Positions 20,181 through 29,470 of a stretch of 64,000 nucleotides of DNA are shown here, piece by piece; the stretch's first letter is position 1, and each line of letters begins with the position of its first letter. Origin of the DNA: Candidatus Marinacidobacterales bacterium (GTDB lineage: Bacteria; Acidobacteriota; Vicinamibacteria; Marinacidobacterales; SMYC01); the NCBI GenBank assembly GCA_965237955.1, contig OZ250169.1:1216001-1280000 (forward strand), read 5' to 3'. Below the pieces are notes generated by a model. The model was not told the origin of the DNA, did not search any database, and saw only the letters and a list, made by a program, of their open reading frames with translations. A program made the translations under genes and the position numbers.

Positions 20181-22514
20181 ATGACGGCTCTGGCTCCCGG
20201 TCAGATTCTCGGCGAACGCTTCGAACTCATCCGTCGACTCGGCGAAGGAGGGATGGGCGAAGTGTGGCTCGTGGAAGATTTGGAGCTCTCGGATCGTGTC
20301 GTCGCCAAGATGGTGCCGCAGGTTGCGACCGAGGACCATCTCACTCAGCTGCGACGTGAGTGCCGCCACGCGAGAAAACTCGTCCACTCCAATATCGTCC
20401 CCGTCTACGATTTCCATCGCGCTTCCGGCGTTAGCTTCATCACCATGGCCTACGTCGAAGGTTCCGACATCGGCTCGCTGCGCGGTCGCCCGATCGAAGA
20501 CGTTTTGCCACCGTTGATTGCGGTTGCTGGTGCGCTCGTTTATGCCCACGCACGAGGGATCGTCCACCGCGACCTCAAGGTTGCGAACGTGCTGATGGAC
20601 TACACCGGCGAGCCGCAATTGTTGGACTTCGGGATCTCGGGCCTCGTCGCGCAAGAAAGAAGCGTCGACGGCATCAATATTAAGGGCGGAGGCTCCGAAG
20701 GATCGGCGAGCCCGCAACAGCTCGCCGGGGCTTCACCATCGGTGAGAGACGACATCTACGCTTTCGGCGTGCTCGCCAGCGATCTCCTGAGCGGGCAAAA
20801 ACTCCCGATGAAGCTCGACGCGCTCCTTAATGCCGCAATGAATCGCGAGCCGCGACATCGGCCGCAGACCATGTCCGAAGTCAAGAGCGCGCTCGAGACG
20901 ACCCCGAGTGCACTCGACGCGCCAGCGGCGAAAGAAGTCAAGTTGGCACCGCCACCGCGTGTGAGCCGGGTCGATCCGATCGTGCCCGTCGAAGTAGGGG
21001 CTCGCGAAGCGCCGCCAGTCGATGATGTCCCCTCTGTTCGCTTGGAGCGCGACGTCTCTGGAGGCGGCGTCGGAAGCAAAACCTTTGCCGCGTTCGTCGT
21101 GCTGCTCGCGCTCGCCGCCGGTGTTTTCATCGTCCTACCTCGCTGGGTCCCTCGCTTGGTCGACGATTCGGCCTCGCCGGTTGCAGGTGGACAAAATGAA
21201 CGGGCTGAACAGGCTGAACAGGCGGTTGCACCGCCACCGGCGTTGGAGGAAACCGACGTCGACGACGAAATCAATCTCGAAAACCTCGCGCAAAAGATGA
21301 CCGCGGCGGAGAACGTTCGCGCGCGCGCGGTCGCGTTGCGCGAATCCCTAGATGCGCTAAACGCCGGTGTTTGGGGCGGCGATGCCTATCGAGATGCTCT
21401 AGAAGCTCTCACCCGCGGTGAGGAACAGATGGGACGCCGCGCATTCACGGAGGCCGGGGCCAGTTTTCAAGGAGCACTTTCCGAGCTCGAATCGGTTCGT
21501 GCCAGCTCGACCAGCATCGCCGCCGATGCCATCCGGCGCGGACGAGAGGCGCTCGCCGCGGGAAGCTCGACCGAAGCCGAGGACGCGTTTGCACTAGCCC
21601 TCCAGATCCAGCCCTCGAACCCGGGGGCGAAGCGGGGTCGCGCGCGCGCCAAGGTGCTCGACGAGGTAAGAAATCTCGTGGCACGCGGGGAAGAGCTCGA
21701 ACGTCGAGGCGAGCTCGAGGGCGCTGCCGATAGCTACCGCAAAGCGGTAGCGCTCGATGCGCTCGCTCGAGCCGCGCAGCAAGGTCTCGCTCGTATCGAC
21801 TCGAGAGCGTCGGAGGAGGCCTTCACCCGAGCCATGTCCGAGGCGGTCGCAGCGTTAAACCGGCGTGACTTCGAAGTGGCACGCGCCGGCTTCGAGCGAG
21901 CCCGCGCGATCAAGCCCGACGCACCCGGCGTCGCCGATGGGCTCGAGGCCGTCAAGGAAGGGGAGCGAATCCAAGCTATCGCCCTCCACCGTGAAAAAGC
22001 GATGGCCTTCGAAACGCGAGAAGCATGGCGCTCTGCAGAGCAGCAATATCAAGCCGTGCTCGACATGGACGACACCATCCGATTCGCGCAGGAGGGTAAA
22101 GCGCGGGCTCTCGTCCGAGCCGAGCTGTCAGAGAAGCTCGAGTTTCACATCGGCCGTCCGGAGCGGTTGGCCGAAGACAAAGTTCTCGAGGAGGCATCCA
22201 CGGTCCTGGAAAACGCCAGTGCCGTTTTGAACGCTGGTCCCAAGATTGAGGCGCAGATCGCCCGCCTGACGGATCTGGTCGCCGAGTTCTCGACACCGGT
22301 TCAAGTCCGTCTTCTCTCTGACGGAAAGACCGAAGTCGTCGTCTACAAGATCGGAACGCTCGGCAAGTTCGCTACCCACGCGCTCGTGCTCCGTCCGGGC
22401 ACGTACACGGTGGTGGGACGGCGCCAAGGCTTTCGTGATGTGCGATACCGGCTCGTCGTCCACGCCGACACGCCACCGGAGCCACTAGACGTCCGTTGCC
22501 AGGAGGAGATTTGA
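20181..22514 (+). CDS. Membrane Hanks-type Ser/Thr kinase with periplasmic TPR-like repeats and C-terminal PEGA-like domain (operon gene 3)
   Basis: GEGGMGEV, VAK, HRDLKVANVL, DFG; TM FAAFVVLLALAAGVFIVLP; TPR-like helices (AFALALQIQPSNPGAKRG); LRPGTYTVVGRRQGFRD. Confidence 0.9.
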   Translation: MTALAPGQILGERFELIRRLGEGGMGEVWLVEDLELSDRVVAKMVPQVATEDHLTQLRRECRHARKLVHSNIVPVYDFHRASGVSFITMAYVEGSDIGSLRGRPIEDVLPPLIAVAGALVYAHARGIVHRDLKVANVLMDYTGEPQLLDFGISGLVAQERSVDGINIKGGGSEGSASPQQLAGASPSVRDDIYAFGVLASDLLSGQKLPMKLDALLNAAMNREPRHRPQTMSEVKSALETTPSALDAPAAKEVKLAPPPRVSRVDPIVPVEVGAREAPPVDDVPSVRLERDVSGGGVGSKTFAAFVVLLALAAGVFIVLPRWVPRLVDDSASPVAGGQNERAEQAEQAVAPPPALEETDVDDEINLENLAQKMTAAENVRARAVALRESLDALNAGVWGGDAYRDALEALTRGEEQMGRRAFTEAGASFQGALSELESVRASSTSIAADAIRRGREALAAGSSTEAEDAFALALQIQPSNPGAKRGRARAKVLDEVRNLVARGEELERRGELEGAADSYRKAVALDALARAAQQGLARIDSRASEEAFTRAMSEAVAALNRRDFEVARAGFERARAIKPDAPGVADGLEAVKEGERIQAIALHREKAMAFETREAWRSAEQQYQAVLDMDDTIRFAQEGKARALVRAELSEKLEFHIGRPERLAEDKVLEEASTVLENASAVLNAGPKIEAQIARLTDLVAEFSTPVQVRLLSDGKTEVVVYKIGTLGKFATHALVLRPGTYTVVGRRQGFRDVRYRLVVHADTPPEPLDVRCQEEI

Positions 22515-24955
22515 CCTCTCCGAAGGGACGTTTCTACATTCGTGAAGCCGATGGCACCCGTCGTCGCGTAGAGACGAGCGCGTTCCCGCTCGCCGTCGGT
22601 GGCACGAATGCTGATATTGCCATCGCCGTTTCCGGTCCGAACGTGGAGCCCCTCGCCCACCTCGCTCTCTCGGACGGCGAAGTATTCCTGCAACCCAACA
22701 TGTCCAACAGGGGGCGCGTTCTTTGTAACGGCGAGCCCGTGGCATCGTCGCAGTGGCTCCGCCACGGCGACGTTTTGTCGATCGGAGGGACCCGCATCGA
22801 AATCGAAGCGCGCGACGGCGGCTTTCGCTTTTGTATCGCGACAGCGGCGGAGAAAACGACCGACCCACCGATTTTGGAGGTCGCGTCAAAAACGCCCCCG
22901 GAACCGCCGAAGGGGGAAACCGTGGAGCCAATCGCGTTCACGCCGAGCTCGCTCGACGACGCGAGACGTCCACGGCGACGGTTGAAAGTTGGGGCGCTGA
23001 TGTTCTGGGGGGCGCTTGTCTTCCTGGGCGCTCTTGCATGGGCTCTATTCAACGCGCGTGGGGTGATGATCGAGATCGATCCGATGCCGGAGAGTGTCGT
23101 CGTAGACGGAAATGCGCTCGTCGTTGAGCTCGGCGGGCGTTTTTGGATGCACCCCGGCGCGTTCACCGTCGTCGCGGAAAAAGAAGGCTACCGGCGGCTC
23201 GAAGCACCCATCGAGGTCGGTGAGCCACGTAGCCAAACGTATGAGTTCTCGATGCAACGGCTTCCGGGGCGGCTCGCCATCACCACCATCCCGAACGAAG
23301 GAGCCGTGATCACGATCGACGGCGCCGAGCTCGGCACTTCCCCACTGCAGCCGGTGCAGCTCGAGCCCGGCGAGCATCAGGTGCTCGTCCGTGCATCCGG
23401 CTATCGCGACTTCCAGACCGAAGTCATGATCGAGGGCGAGGGCACCATCGTGAACCTCGAAGCGTCGCTCGAGCCACGATGGGCGCCGATCACGTTTCAA
23501 TCGAATCCGCCGGGTGCCATGATCCGGGTCGCGGGCAAGCCCCACGGTCCGACGCCGGTCACCGCAAACGTCATCGAAGGCACTCACGACTACGTCGTCG
23601 TTTTGGATGGGTACAAGCCCTACCGCGGCAGCGTGCACGTCGCCGCCGGCCAACCGCAAACGCTGAGCCCGGTGGCGTTGTCGCTCGTCGAAGGCACCAT
23701 CGCCCTTCTCAGTGTTCCCGCGACGGCGAACGTGACCCTCGATGGCGACTATCTTGGGCAGACACCCCTCGATGTCCATCTGACCCCGGGCGAAACGTAT
23801 CAGCTCGAGTTGTCGCGCGCCGGCTATGATCCCGTCACCCAAGAGATTTCGGTGGCGTCCTCGGCGAAGAAGACGATGACGGTTCGCCTCGAGCCTAGAC
23901 TCGGAGAGGTCGCACTCGTCGTCGATCCACCCGATGCCGAGCTCTACATCGACGGCGAGCACCGCGGCGCGGCCAAGCAAGTGTTGAACCTTCCAGCCAC
24001 CTCCCACCGCATCGAGATCAAGAAAGACAAGTACGAGAGCTTCGCCACCGATATCACCCCTCGACCCGGTTTTCCGCAAACGCTCGAAGTCAATCTCAAG
24101 ACCACCGCCGAGATCAAAGCCGCATCGATTCTCCCCGTGATCCAGACGTCCAAAGGACACGAGCTCAGACTCATAACCCCCAAACGCTTCGAGATGGGTG
24201 CATCGCGACGAGAGCCGGGAAGACGGGCGAACGAGTCGCTTCGCACCGTCGAGCTCACGCGCTCGTTCTACCTAGCGACCCGGGAAATCACCAACCGGCA
24301 GTTTCGCGAGTTCAGAAGCGGCCACCGCTCCGGCGCCGTCTCCGGGCACAACCTCGAAGTCGACCATCACCCGGTGGTACGTATCACCTGGCAGGACGCG
24401 GCCGCCTATTGCAATTGGTTGAGCCAACAAGAGTCGCTCCCACCCGCTTACGTCAACGCCGGCGGGAAGCTAATAGGCGCGAATCCGCCGAGAACCGGCT
24501 ATCGGCTTCCCACCGAAGCAGAATGGGCGCAGGCCGCGAGGTATGCTGGGGACACGAAGCTCAAATACCCTTGGGGGAGTGCGCTTCCGGTGGCGCCGGG
24601 CTCCGGCAACTACGCCGATGAGTCCGCGAAAGGTCTGGTGACGGCGACGGTGCCGAATTACAACGACAAGTTCCCGGTCACCGCTCCCGTGGACAGCTTC
24701 TCCGCCAACGAGCTCGGCATGTTCAACCTCGGCGGCAACGTCGCCGAGTGGGTGCACGACCTCTACACGATTTATCCGTCGGGCGCGCGTAAAGTGATGC
24801 AGGATCCCATGGGTCCAACCGAAGGAGAGTTTCATACCATTCGGGGTGCGAGCTGGATGCACGGAAGCGTGACCCAGCTCAGGCTCAGCTTCCGTGACTA
24901 CGGGAACAAACCGCGACCCGACGTCGGATTCAGGATCGCGAGATATTTGGAGTAA
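22511..24955 (+). CDS. FHA-like + TM + multiple PEGA + FGE/SUMF1-fold protein (operon gene 4)
   Basis: GAGGAG RBS, TTG overlapping the kinase stop; CNGEPV..LRHGDVLSIGG; PEGA repeats (SNPPGA.I...G.TP); GYRLPTEAEW, GGNVAEW, RGASW, GFR. Confidence 0.9.
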   Translation: MTSPKGRFYIREADGTRRRVETSAFPLAVGGTNADIAIAVSGPNVEPLAHLALSDGEVFLQPNMSNRGRVLCNGEPVASSQWLRHGDVLSIGGTRIEIEARDGGFRFCIATAAEKTTDPPILEVASKTPPEPPKGETVEPIAFTPSSLDDARRPRRRLKVGALMFWGALVFLGALAWALFNARGVMIEIDPMPESVVVDGNALVVELGGRFWMHPGAFTVVAEKEGYRRLEAPIEVGEPRSQTYEFSMQRLPGRLAITTIPNEGAVITIDGAELGTSPLQPVQLEPGEHQVLVRASGYRDFQTEVMIEGEGTIVNLEASLEPRWAPITFQSNPPGAMIRVAGKPHGPTPVTANVIEGTHDYVVVLDGYKPYRGSVHVAAGQPQTLSPVALSLVEGTIALLSVPATANVTLDGDYLGQTPLDVHLTPGETYQLELSRAGYDPVTQEISVASSAKKTMTVRLEPRLGEVALVVDPPDAELYIDGEHRGAAKQVLNLPATSHRIEIKKDKYESFATDITPRPGFPQTLEVNLKTTAEIKAASILPVIQTSKGHELRLITPKRFEMGASRREPGRRANESLRTVELTRSFYLATREITNRQFREFRSGHRSGAVSGHNLEVDHHPVVRITWQDAAAYCNWLSQQESLPPAYVNAGGKLIGANPPRTGYRLPTEAEWAQAARYAGDTKLKYPWGSALPVAPGSGNYADESAKGLVTATVPNYNDKFPVTAPVDSFSANELGMFNLGGNVAEWVHDLYTIYPSGARKVMQDPMGPTEGEFHTIRGASWMHGSVTQLRLSFRDYGNKPRPDVGFRIARYLE

Positions 24956-24958
24956 ACG

Positions 24959-25147
24959 ATGAAATGGATGATTTATTCACTCGCTGTGACACTTCTCGCT
25001 AGTGGCTCCCTGGTGGCGAGCTCGACCGCACCAAAAACCTACGAGAGCTCACAAACAGAACCCGAGCCAGATCCCGAGGAAGACGACTTCCTCCCCACTG
25101 AGAAAGTCCCAGCCGATAGCGCCATCTCGTTTCCAGTGGATATTTGA
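24959..25147 (+). CDS. Small secreted acidic protein (operon gene 5)
   Basis: GGAG RBS; signal peptide; fills the gap exactly between genes 4 and 6; ends DFLPTEKVPADSAISFPVDI. Confidence 0.75.
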   Translation: MKWMIYSLAVTLLASGSLVASSTAPKTYESSQTEPEPDPEEDDFLPTEKVPADSAISFPVDI

Positions 25148-25945
25148 ATGAAGAAATCGTACCCGGTCGAGTTCGTTTATCAAGCGCTATCTCTCATCGT
25201 CGCGATTATCGTCGTCCACGCCATCTACGTGCTCGTGGTGCGTCCGAAGGCCGACGTCGTTTTCGGCGAGCAGCAAGCGATGATGGAGATCGACCCGAAC
25301 TACGTTCAAGAGCGTTCGGTGTGGGTCATCATCCGTGATTTCGAACAAGAGACGTGCATCGTGCTCATGCTCTGGGCCATGGCGATCATGGTCTACAAAG
25401 GTGTGCTCGTGGCGCGTGAGCATCGCCTCCTCGAGATGGATCTCGTACCGGTGGACGAGGGAACGAAAATTCTCCCGGAGGACGCGCGCGAGTACGCGCG
25501 CCAGATGCAATCCCTGCCGGACTACGAGCAGCGGCTTTTGTTGCCGCGTTCGCTTCTCTCGGCGCTTCACCGCTTCCGCGCGACGCGCAACATTCAAGAC
25601 GTGTCGAACACCGCACACGGCGTGTGTGAAGCCGAATCCGAGCGACTCGAATCAGAGCTTTCGATGGTGCGCTACATCGCATGGGCGATCCCATCGATCG
25701 GGTTCATCGGCACCGTGCGCGGCATCGGTGAAGCGCTCGGCCAGGCGCACAGGGCCGTCGAGGGCGACATCGCCGGCGTGACCCAAAGCTTGGGGGTCGC
25801 GTTCAACTCGACGTTCATCGCGCTCTTGATCAGCATCGTGCTCATGTTCCTGCTCCATCAGCTCCAGTTGCAGCAAGAGCGGTTGGTCCTCGATACCGAA
25901 ACCTACCTCGACCATCATTTGATCCAACACCTCCAGGTTCCCTAG
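25148..25945 (+). CDS. MotA/TolQ/ExbB proton channel family protein (operon gene 6)
   Basis: IAWAIPSIGFIGTVRGIG..LGVAFNSTFIALLISI signature; 4 hydrophobic helices. Confidence 0.92.
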   Translation: MKKSYPVEFVYQALSLIVAIIVVHAIYVLVVRPKADVVFGEQQAMMEIDPNYVQERSVWVIIRDFEQETCIVLMLWAMAIMVYKGVLVAREHRLLEMDLVPVDEGTKILPEDAREYARQMQSLPDYEQRLLLPRSLLSALHRFRATRNIQDVSNTAHGVCEAESERLESELSMVRYIAWAIPSIGFIGTVRGIGEALGQAHRAVEGDIAGVTQSLGVAFNSTFIALLISIVLMFLLHQLQLQQERLVLDTETYLDHHLIQHLQVP

Positions 25946-25955
25946 GCGCCTCGAG

Positions 25956-27365
25956 ATGACCGTAGTCGCATTGGAGCTCAACGACGCGGGCATCTCTGCC
26001 GTCTCGGATGGAGCTCCCGATAGTCTCGCCATTCCCGAGAGCCCGGGATACGCGCTCGTTGAAGACGGGAGTGTCGTCACCGGAGTCGATGCCCGTGCTC
26101 GAGCACGGCTCAAGCCACGATTCACCCACACGCGATTCTGGGATGCTCTCGACACGACGCCCTTGTCGCGACCGTTTCCGAACAAGCTGAGTCGAGCCGA
26201 CCTCGCGCACGCCCATCTGAAGCACGTTTGGAAGAGTCTTCAGGATGACGGTGGGGTGGACGAAGCCGTGCTCGCCGTCCCCGGCTGGTACGGATTGGAG
26301 CAGCTGGGCCTCATCCTCGGCATGGCGCGGGCGTGCGACATCTCCGTCAACGGCATGATCGACTCGGCGCTGGCGGCCGCGGCCGGAGTGTCGGGACCGA
26401 GCGCAGCGTCCCCCGTGCACGCCGTCCATCTCGATCTCCATCTCCACCGGTGCTCCGCCGCGAGGATCGTGAGAGAAGATCGCCTCGTTCGCGAAAACAC
26501 CGTCGTCGACGACGACGTTGGTCTGATCCCGCTCTACGATGCTTGGGCCACGCTAGTGGCACAGTCTTTCGTTCGCCAGACGCGCTACGACCCGCTGCAC
26601 TCGGCCGAGAGCGAACAGAAGCTCTACGATCTGCTCCCGGGCTGGCTCGAGACACTGATCGACGACGACGAGGCAACGCTCTCGCTGACGCCAGCCGGAA
26701 AAGAGCTCGCGATCGAGCTCGACCGACGCCAGCTCGTTCACAGCGCAGGCTCGTATTACGAGTCGATCGCGGCGCTCGCAACCTCGGTGATGCCTGCCGA
26801 TGAGCCGGTGATGCTCCTCGTTTCCCATCGTCTCGGCCGACTCCCGGGTCTCGTCGAGAAGCTCTCCCGCGACGTTTCCGACAACCTCGTCCTCCTGCCG
26901 CCCGAAGCGGCAGCCGCGGGCGCGCTCGCCTACGACAGCCACGTCCCGAGCGCTCCGGAGAACGAGGGTTCTCTGACGTTTCTCACCAGCCTCCATCTCG
27001 GCGAAGGCGGCAAACCGCTCGCCGCCGATCCAAGCTTTCACGCAACCAGCGATGATGTGCGCTCGCCCACCCACCTGCTCCACGACGCTTCCGCGTACCC
27101 GCTCGATCCTGAGCCGTTCCTCCTCGGAGTATCCATCCCGGAAGGCAAACGCGGATTGAATCTCGCGGGTGACACCGCCGGGATTTCGCGCTATCACTGC
27201 AGCATCTACCGCATGAACGGACGCATCGTCGTCGAGGATCACAGCAAGTTCGGCTCGTTCGTGAACGGGACACGCGTTCACGAGCGTGCCGCGCTCGCAA
27301 TAGGCGACCGACTACGACTCGGCACGCCCGGTGTCGAAGTGCAGCTCATCGAGGTAGCGGACTGA
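25956..27365 (+). CDS. Degenerate Hsp70/actin-like fold protein with C-terminal FHA domain (operon gene 7)
   Basis: EAVLAVPGWY..MIDSALAAA and PPEAAAAGALAY resemble the Hsp70 nucleotide-binding domain; FHA ISRYHC..EDHSKFGSFVNG..GDRLRLG. Confidence 0.75.
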   Translation: MTVVALELNDAGISAVSDGAPDSLAIPESPGYALVEDGSVVTGVDARARARLKPRFTHTRFWDALDTTPLSRPFPNKLSRADLAHAHLKHVWKSLQDDGGVDEAVLAVPGWYGLEQLGLILGMARACDISVNGMIDSALAAAAGVSGPSAASPVHAVHLDLHLHRCSAARIVREDRLVRENTVVDDDVGLIPLYDAWATLVAQSFVRQTRYDPLHSAESEQKLYDLLPGWLETLIDDDEATLSLTPAGKELAIELDRRQLVHSAGSYYESIAALATSVMPADEPVMLLVSHRLGRLPGLVEKLSRDVSDNLVLLPPEAAAAGALAYDSHVPSAPENEGSLTFLTSLHLGEGGKPLAADPSFHATSDDVRSPTHLLHDASAYPLDPEPFLLGVSIPEGKRGLNLAGDTAGISRYHCSIYRMNGRIVVEDHSKFGSFVNGTRVHERAALAIGDRLRLGTPGVEVQLIEVAD

Positions 27366-28456
27366 TGGCGCGGCGACGCATCAACATATTCACGCTCTCT
27401 TTTCTGGACGCGATGATGTGCGGCTTCGGCGCGGTCGTGTTGTTCTTCATGATCATCAACGCGAGCTTCGGAAAAGTGTCGCGCGGGATGACCGGGAAAC
27501 TGCAGGGTGAGGTCACCCGGCTGGAGCAAGAAGTCCTCGAAGGCTACGTCCAGCTCGTCGAGCTCCGGAACTCCTTCGAGGAGATCGACCAGGAAAACGT
27601 CATTGCCGCAGGGTTATCGAGGCGGCTCATCGAGACTCTCACCGTAGTCCAGGAAGAGCTCGCAACCTACGAGAATTCGACGCTCGCAACGCGCGAGCAC
27701 ATTAACAAGCTCAAGACCGATCTGAAGACGCTTGAAGACGGGGTGAAACGGCTGTCGGCTGCGGGCCCGAGTGAGGAGACGCCTGGTGACCGTATCCGCA
27801 CGTTCGTTGGAGACGGCGATCGACAATACCTCACGGGGTTGAAGGTCGGAGGCCGCCGCATCCTCATTCTCGTCGACGTGTCCGCGAGCATGCTCGACGA
27901 GACCATCGTCAACGTCGTGCGCCGCCGCAACCAGTCGGTTGCGATCAAGAGGCGGTCCGAAAAATGGCAGCAGGCGGTCTCCACCGTGGATTGGATCACG
28001 ACCCAGATTCCGACTGACAGTCGGTTTCAAATCTACACGTTCAATACGAGCTCGGCGTCGGTCGTGCCCGGAAAGAACCACGAGTGGCTCGACGCAGGCG
28101 ATCGCGAAGTCCTCGACGAGGCCGTCCAACGCCTCCGCGGCGTCATCCCTAGTGACGGCACCAACCTTTACCGGGCGTTCACGTCGTTCCGCTCGTTGCG
28201 CCCGGCTCCCGACAATATCTACTTGCTCGTCGACGGTCTCCCCACACAAGGCCAACGACCACCGAGACGCGCCACGATCTCCGGAAAAGACCGCGCCAAG
28301 CTATTCAACGACGCCGTCAAAGAGCTACGGGACAACATTTCCATCAACGTGATCTTGTTCCCCATGGAAGGCGACCCCATGGCCGCAAGCGCTTTCTGGA
28401 AGTTGGCCCTGTTCTCGGGTGGCGCCTACATAAGCCCATCGGAGGACTGGCCTTGA
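27365..28456 (+). CDS. TM-anchored coiled-coil + vWA protein with ExbD/TolR-like N-terminus (operon gene 8)
   Basis: RRR..FTLSFLDAMMCGFGAVVLFFMII; MIDAS DVSAS, GTN, VDGLP. Confidence 0.88.
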   Translation: MARRRINIFTLSFLDAMMCGFGAVVLFFMIINASFGKVSRGMTGKLQGEVTRLEQEVLEGYVQLVELRNSFEEIDQENVIAAGLSRRLIETLTVVQEELATYENSTLATREHINKLKTDLKTLEDGVKRLSAAGPSEETPGDRIRTFVGDGDRQYLTGLKVGGRRILILVDVSASMLDETIVNVVRRRNQSVAIKRRSEKWQQAVSTVDWITTQIPTDSRFQIYTFNTSSASVVPGKNHEWLDAGDREVLDEAVQRLRGVIPSDGTNLYRAFTSFRSLRPAPDNIYLLVDGLPTQGQRPPRRATISGKDRAKLFNDAVKELRDNISINVILFPMEGDPMAASAFWKLALFSGGAYISPSEDWP

Positions 28457-29469
28457 GAAAGAGAAGAAGAAGACGCCGCGATTTCGATGCGTTCAACCTG
28501 TCGTTTCTCGACGTAGTCTGCTGCGGCTTCGGCGCGATCATTCTGCTCCTCGTTCTCACCAAGATCGGTGAGCCCCGCGCTCTCGAGAACATCAAGAGCG
28601 AGCTCGAAGGGCTCGTCGACAAGTTACAAGAAGAGCTCTTCGAGATCCGAGGCGAGACCAACGTTTTCGAGCGGGACCTGAAAACGAGAGTCGAGCAGCT
28701 ATCGACCGAGCGCGACGCCATAGCGCGCCTCCGCGGGGATCTCTCCAAGATTCAGGGCGTATTCGCCGCGACCCAACAACTCTCCGAAGTCAACGACATC
28801 GTCGAAGGACGGCTTCTCGCCGCCCAGCAGGACCTGACCGAGGAGATGAAGAGGTTGCTCGGCCGAAGCTACCGCCGACGTGAGAGCGACTCCACCGTCG
28901 GCGGCATCCCCGTCGACAGCGAGTACATCATCTTCATCATCGATACGTCCGGCAGCATGCGCAACTACGCGTGGCACCTGGTCGTCAAGAAAATGCAAGA
29001 GGTCCTCAACATCTACCCCAAAGTCAAAGGCATCCAGGTCATGAACGACATGGGGCAATACATGTTCGGGAACTATTCGGGGCGGTGGATCCCGGATACC
29101 CCGGGCCGGCGGAAGGTCATCCTCAATCGGCTGCGGAGCTGGGCGCCGTTCAGCAACTCGAGCCCGGTGGAAGGTATCATCCGGGCGATCCGAAGCTTCG
29201 CAGCTCCGGACAAGAAAATTAGCCTCTACGTCTTCGGCGACGATTTCAACGGCGATTCCATCGATCGAGTCGTGGAAACGGTGGATCGCATCAACAAGAG
29301 AGACAAGGACGGCAACCGCCTGGTCCGCATTCACGGCATCGGTTTTCCGGTGTTGTTCTCTCGGATCGGGTTTCAAGAGAACGGGGGTGTACGGTTTGCA
29401 ACGCTGATGCGTTTACTGTGTCGTGAGAACGGTGGCGCTTTTGTGGGATTGGGATCGTTGCGGCGGTGA
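28453..29469 (+). CDS. Second TM-anchored coiled-coil + vWA protein (operon gene 9)
   Basis: RRRR..FNLSFLDVVCCGFGAIILLLVL; MIDAS DTSGS, FGDD; TTGA overlap with gene 8. Confidence 0.88.
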   Translation: MRKRRRRRRDFDAFNLSFLDVVCCGFGAIILLLVLTKIGEPRALENIKSELEGLVDKLQEELFEIRGETNVFERDLKTRVEQLSTERDAIARLRGDLSKIQGVFAATQQLSEVNDIVEGRLLAAQQDLTEEMKRLLGRSYRRRESDSTVGGIPVDSEYIIFIIDTSGSMRNYAWHLVVKKMQEVLNIYPKVKGIQVMNDMGQYMFGNYSGRWIPDTPGRRKVILNRLRSWAPFSNSSPVEGIIRAIRSFAAPDKKISLYVFGDDFNGDSIDRVVETVDRINKRDKDGNRLVRIHGIGFPVLFSRIGFQENGGVRFATLMRLLCRENGGAFVGLGSLRR

Positions 29470-29470
29470 G

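Noticed and set aside
22511-24955. FGE-fold protein as a DGR target or sulfatase-maturing enzyme
   Set aside because: No reverse transcriptase or template repeat seen in the window; catalytic cysteines absent
20181-29469. Operon as a type VI secretion system or MoxR-vWA (Bat) cluster
   Set aside because: No Hcp, VgrG, TssB/C/M or MoxR AAA+ gene in the window
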